From assembly GCA_964501365.1 (NCBI GenBank), contig CAZCST010000003.1:1962-65961 (forward strand): a stretch of DNA of 64,000 nucleotides, given 5' to 3'. Source of the DNA: an uncultured Phycisphaera sp. Lineage in GTDB: Bacteria > Planctomycetota > Phycisphaerae > UBA1845. The position numbers were made by a program, and so were the translations under genes. Numbering within the stretch: the first letter of the stretch is position 1; every line of letters starts with the position of its first letter. This document shows positions 61,288 to 64,000 of the stretch, piece after piece. The notes beneath the pieces are model-generated. The model was given only the letters and a program-made list of their open reading frames with translations. It was not told where the DNA came from and searched no databases.

Positions 61288-64000
61288 ATGCTCGATAATC
61301 TTTACGATCGTGTAAATGACTATAGCTGCGTGCATATCGCGCTGGCCTCACCCAACGACATCCGCAGTTGGTCGTTCGGCGAGGTGAAAAAGCCCGAGAC
61401 GATCAACTACCGCACCTACCGCCCGGAAAAGGACGGTTTGTTCTGCGAGCGGATCTTCGGGCCCGAGCGCGACTGGGAGTGTGCCTGCGGCAAGTTCAAG
61501 GGCACCAAGCACAAGGGCATCATCTGCGATCGCTGCGGCGTCAAGGTGACGCACTCGCGCGTGCGCCGCAAGCGCATGGGCCATATCAATCTCGCTGCGC
61601 CCGTCGTGCATATCTGGTTCTTCAAGGCCATGCCGTCGCGGCTCGGCGCATTGCTCGACGTCAAGACGACGAGCCTTGAAAAGGTCATCTACTTTCAGGA
61701 TTACATCGTCGTCGATCCCGGCGACACGCCGCTCAAACCGCGCCAACTCCTCACCGAAGAGGAGTATCGCGCCGCCGTCGAATCTTATGGCCGCACGTTT
61801 ACGGCCCTCATGGGAGCCGAGGCCGTCCGCGAGTTGCTTGCCCGCCTGGACCTGGCCACGCTCTCCACTCAGTTGCGCGAGGAAATCTCCAAGACCGGCA
61901 GCAAGCAGCGTGAAAAGGACCTGGCCAAGCGACTCAAGATCGTCGAGGCGCTGCGTAATTCTCCGAACGACCCCAAGTGGATGGTCCTGGAAGTGATTCC
62001 GGTGATTCCGCCGGATTTGCGCCCGCTCGTTTTGCTCGACAGTGGCAACTTCGCCACCAGCGATCTCAACGACCTCTATCGCCGCATCATCAACCGCAAC
62101 AGCCGCTTGAAGAAGCTGGTCGATCTCAACGCGCCCGAAGTCATCATTCAGAACGAAAAGCGCATGTTGCAGCAGGCCGTCGACGCCTTGTTTGACAACG
62201 GCCGCTGCCGACGCCCGGTGCTCGGCTCCAGCAACCGCCCGCTCAAGTCCATGACCGACATGATCAAGGGCAAGCAGGGCCGCTTCCGCGAAAACCTCCT
62301 CGGCAAGCGCGTGGACTATTCCGCCCGATCTGTGGTCGTCGTCGGCCCGGAACTCAAGCTGCACCAGTGCGGCCTCCCCAAGAAGATCGCCCTGGAATTG
62401 TTCCAGCCCTTCATTATCCGCAAGCTCAAGGAGCGCGGTCTGGCCGATACCATCAAGTCCGCCAAGAAAATGCTCGAGCGCCGCGACCAGGCGATCTGGG
62501 ACATTCTTGAAGAGGTCATTTATCAACACCCCGTGCTGCTTAACCGCGCCCCCACGCTCCACCGCATGGGTATTCAGGCGTTTGAGCCGGTGCTCGTCGA
62601 GGGCAACGCGATCAAGATTCACCCGCTGGTCTGCCGCGGTTTCAATGCCGACTTCGACGGCGACCAGATGGCCGTACACCTTCCGCTCTCCATCGAGGCC
62701 CAGGTCGAGGCCCACGTACTGATGATGTCCACCAATAACATCTTCAGCCCGGCCAACGGCAGCCCCATCATGTCGCCGACCCAGGACGTCGTGCTCGGCT
62801 CGTTCTACCTCACCACCGACCACGTCACGACCAAGATCGACGAAAAGGACGCGCCGAAGTTCTCCAGCACCTTCGAGGCCATGATGGCCTACGAGCAAAA
62901 GCGCATCGCCATTCACGATCGCATCGTGGTCCGCATCAACAACGACCGCGTCGTTTCCGATTTGAAGAATCCGGCAGGGCCCATGCCGGCGCACAAACGC
63001 GTCGTCACTACCATCGGCCGCATCATTTTCAATGACATCCTTCCTTCGGCGATGCCGTTTTACAACACGGCTCTTTCGCAGAAGGGTCTCATGCGCGTGG
63101 TGGCCGACTGCCACGAGCAACTGGGCCGCTCCGCCACGATCGACCTGCTCGACAACATCAAGGAAATCGGATTCAAGCGCAGCACCCTCGCCGGACTTTC
63201 GTTCGGTTTGACGGACATGCGCGTTCCCCAGGCCAAGCAGAAGATCATCGACGTCGCCCAGAAAAAGGTCGACGAAGTGCAGAAGGCCTTTGACCAGGGT
63301 ACGCTCACCCGCCTCGAGCGCTACAACCAGATCATCGACGTCTGGATTCACGCCCGCGAACTCGTGACGCAGGCCATGATGATTGAACTGCGCGATGACT
63401 ATCGCACCCCCACAGGTGAGTACCGGGGACCCGATGACAAGGACGGGAAACCGTATCTCAACCCGATTTATCTCATGACCCAGTCCGGAGCCCGCGGTAG
63501 CGTCGATCAGATTCGACAGCTCGCCGGCATGCGCGCCCTCATGGCCAAGCCCTCCGGCGAAATCATCGAGACGCCCATCAAAGCCAACTTCCGCGAGGGT
63601 CTCTCCGTGCTCGAGTATTTCAGTTCGACTCACGGAGCCCGCAAGGGTCTGGCCGACACCGCGCTCAAGACCGCCGACTCCGGCTACTTGACGCGCAAAC
63701 TCGCCGACGTCGCCCAGAACGTCATCGTCAACGAATACGACTGCGGCACGATCAACGGCGTGACCAAGGCCGCCACCTACAAGGGTGAAGAGGTCGACAT
63801 CAGCCTCCGCGAAAACATCGTGGGCCGCACAGGCCGCGATCCAGTTCGCAACATGATGACCGATGAGTCGATCCTCAAGGAAAATGAGCTGATTACCAAG
63901 GAAATCGCGGCCCGCATCGAAGGCCTCGGTCTCGACAAGATCCGCGTCCGCAGCCCGCTCACCTGCGAAAACGCCCGGGGCGTCTGCGCCCTTTGCTATG
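61288..64000 (+). CDS. rpoC: DNA-directed RNA polymerase subunit beta' (3' partial, runs off the window)
   Basis: [71 protein letters not shown] (zinc site), NADFDGDQM catalytic loop, ..[30 protein letters not shown]... It has no stop before 64000, so it is absent from the ORF track. The 761-aa minus ORF here is antisense noise. Confidence 0.97.
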   Translation, partial: MLDNLYDRVNDYSCVHIALASPNDIRSWSFGEVKKPETINYRTYRPEKDGLFCERIFGPERDWECACGKFKGTKHKGIICDRCGVKVTHSRVRRKRMGHINLAAPVVHIWFFKAMPSRLGALLDVKTTSLEKVIYFQDYIVVDPGDTPLKPRQLLTEEEYRAAVESYGRTFTALMGAEAVRELLARLDLATLSTQLREEISKTGSKQREKDLAKRLKIVEALRNSPNDPKWMVLEVIPVIPPDLRPLVLLDSGNFATSDLNDLYRRIINRNSRLKKLVDLNAPEVIIQNEKRMLQQAVDALFDNGRCRRPVLGSSNRPLKSMTDMIKGKQGRFRENLLGKRVDYSARSVVVVGPELKLHQCGLPKKIALELFQPFIIRKLKERGLADTIKSAKKMLERRDQAIWDILEEVIYQHPVLLNRAPTLHRMGIQAFEPVLVEGNAIKIHPLVCRGFNADFDGDQMAVHLPLSIEAQVEAHVLMMSTNNIFSPANGSPIMSPTQDVVLGSFYLTTDHVTTKIDEKDAPKFSSTFEAMMAYEQKRIAIHDRIVVRINNDRVVSDLKNPAGPMPAHKRVVTTIGRIIFNDILPSAMPFYNTALSQKGLMRVVADCHEQLGRSATIDLLDNIKEIGFKRSTLAGLSFGLTDMRVPQAKQKIIDVAQKKVDEVQKAFDQGTLTRLERYNQIIDVWIHARELVTQAMMIELRDDYRTPTGEYRGPDDKDGKPYLNPIYLMTQSGARGSVDQIRQLAGMRALMAKPSGEIIETPIKANFREGLSVLEYFSSTHGARKGLADTALKTADSGYLTRKLADVAQNVIVNEYDCGTINGVTKAATYKGEEVDISLRENIVGRTGRDPVRNMMTDESILKENELITKEIAARIEGLGLDKIRVRSPLTCENARGVCALCY

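Noticed and set aside
61348-63633. 761-aa ORF on the minus strand (the largest ORF in this interval in the track)
   Set aside because: It is exactly antisense to rpoC, whose plus-strand frame shows unmistakable beta' motifs (zinc site, NADFDGDQM). The antisense translation is Ala/Gly/Arg/Leu-rich, as is typical of high-GC shadow ORFs. rpoC is missing from the track only because it has no stop inside the window.
1-64000. Mobile genetic elements or a prophage
   Set aside because: No transposase, integrase, recombinase, phage structural or terminase-like ORF was seen. No long inverted or direct terminal repeats were seen either. The only rearrangement scar noticed is the lepA relic.

Overview
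High-GC (about 60%) bacterial chromosomal segment. The gene content and protein styles suggest a Planctomycetota/PVC-type genome, but that assignment is inference. The styles are giant coiled-coil proteins, dockerin-like tails, Cys-rich secreted repeat proteins, recurrent CxxCGYDL..CPECG zinc-ribbon membrane proteins and N-terminally extended housekeeping proteins. No transposase, integrase, rRNA or CRISPR array is visible.

Left to right the window holds:
- a 5'-truncated Cys-rich IPTL-CTERM protein, a Tat-exported flavin amine oxidase, typA and a DUF4160/DUF2442 pair;
- a long minus-strand gene string (13944 down to 6849). It comprises a four-gene module (coiled-coil protein, Cys-less FGE-like protein, zinc-ribbon TRAFAC GTPase, large GAP1-like protein) followed by a 3beta-HSD-type reductase, a KAS and an ACP;
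- a divergently transcribed 961-aa coiled-coil protein with a recent internal duplication, and a second Cys-rich secreted protein;
- gpx, uppP flanked by zinc-ribbon membrane proteins, an orphan nucleotidyltransferase abutting a lepA 3' relic, and motA/motB;
- an ECF sigma/anti-sigma/PDZ trio, sugE and an amidohydrolase;
- a sugar-modification/glycosyltransferase cluster, rsmG, glgX-malQ-glgP and a PQQ sugar dehydrogenase;
- a roughly 1 kb gap with no ORF that I accept, ending in a promoter-SD-terminator framed 22-aa Lys-rich sORF;
- wecB-ugd-epimerase-deacetylase and an S9 peptidase;
- the conserved tRNA-Trp-secE-nusG-rplKAJL-rpoB-(GNAT)-rpoC block. rpoC runs off the window end, so it is absent from the ORF track.

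The best candidate for an undescribed system is the GTPase-centred module at 9747-13944 with its flanking coiled-coil genes. Secondary curiosities are a perfect three-way-junction palindromic element at 19367-19466, heptameric AGTTCAA tandem repeats in several intergenic spacers, and several GC-rich REP-like hairpin families.
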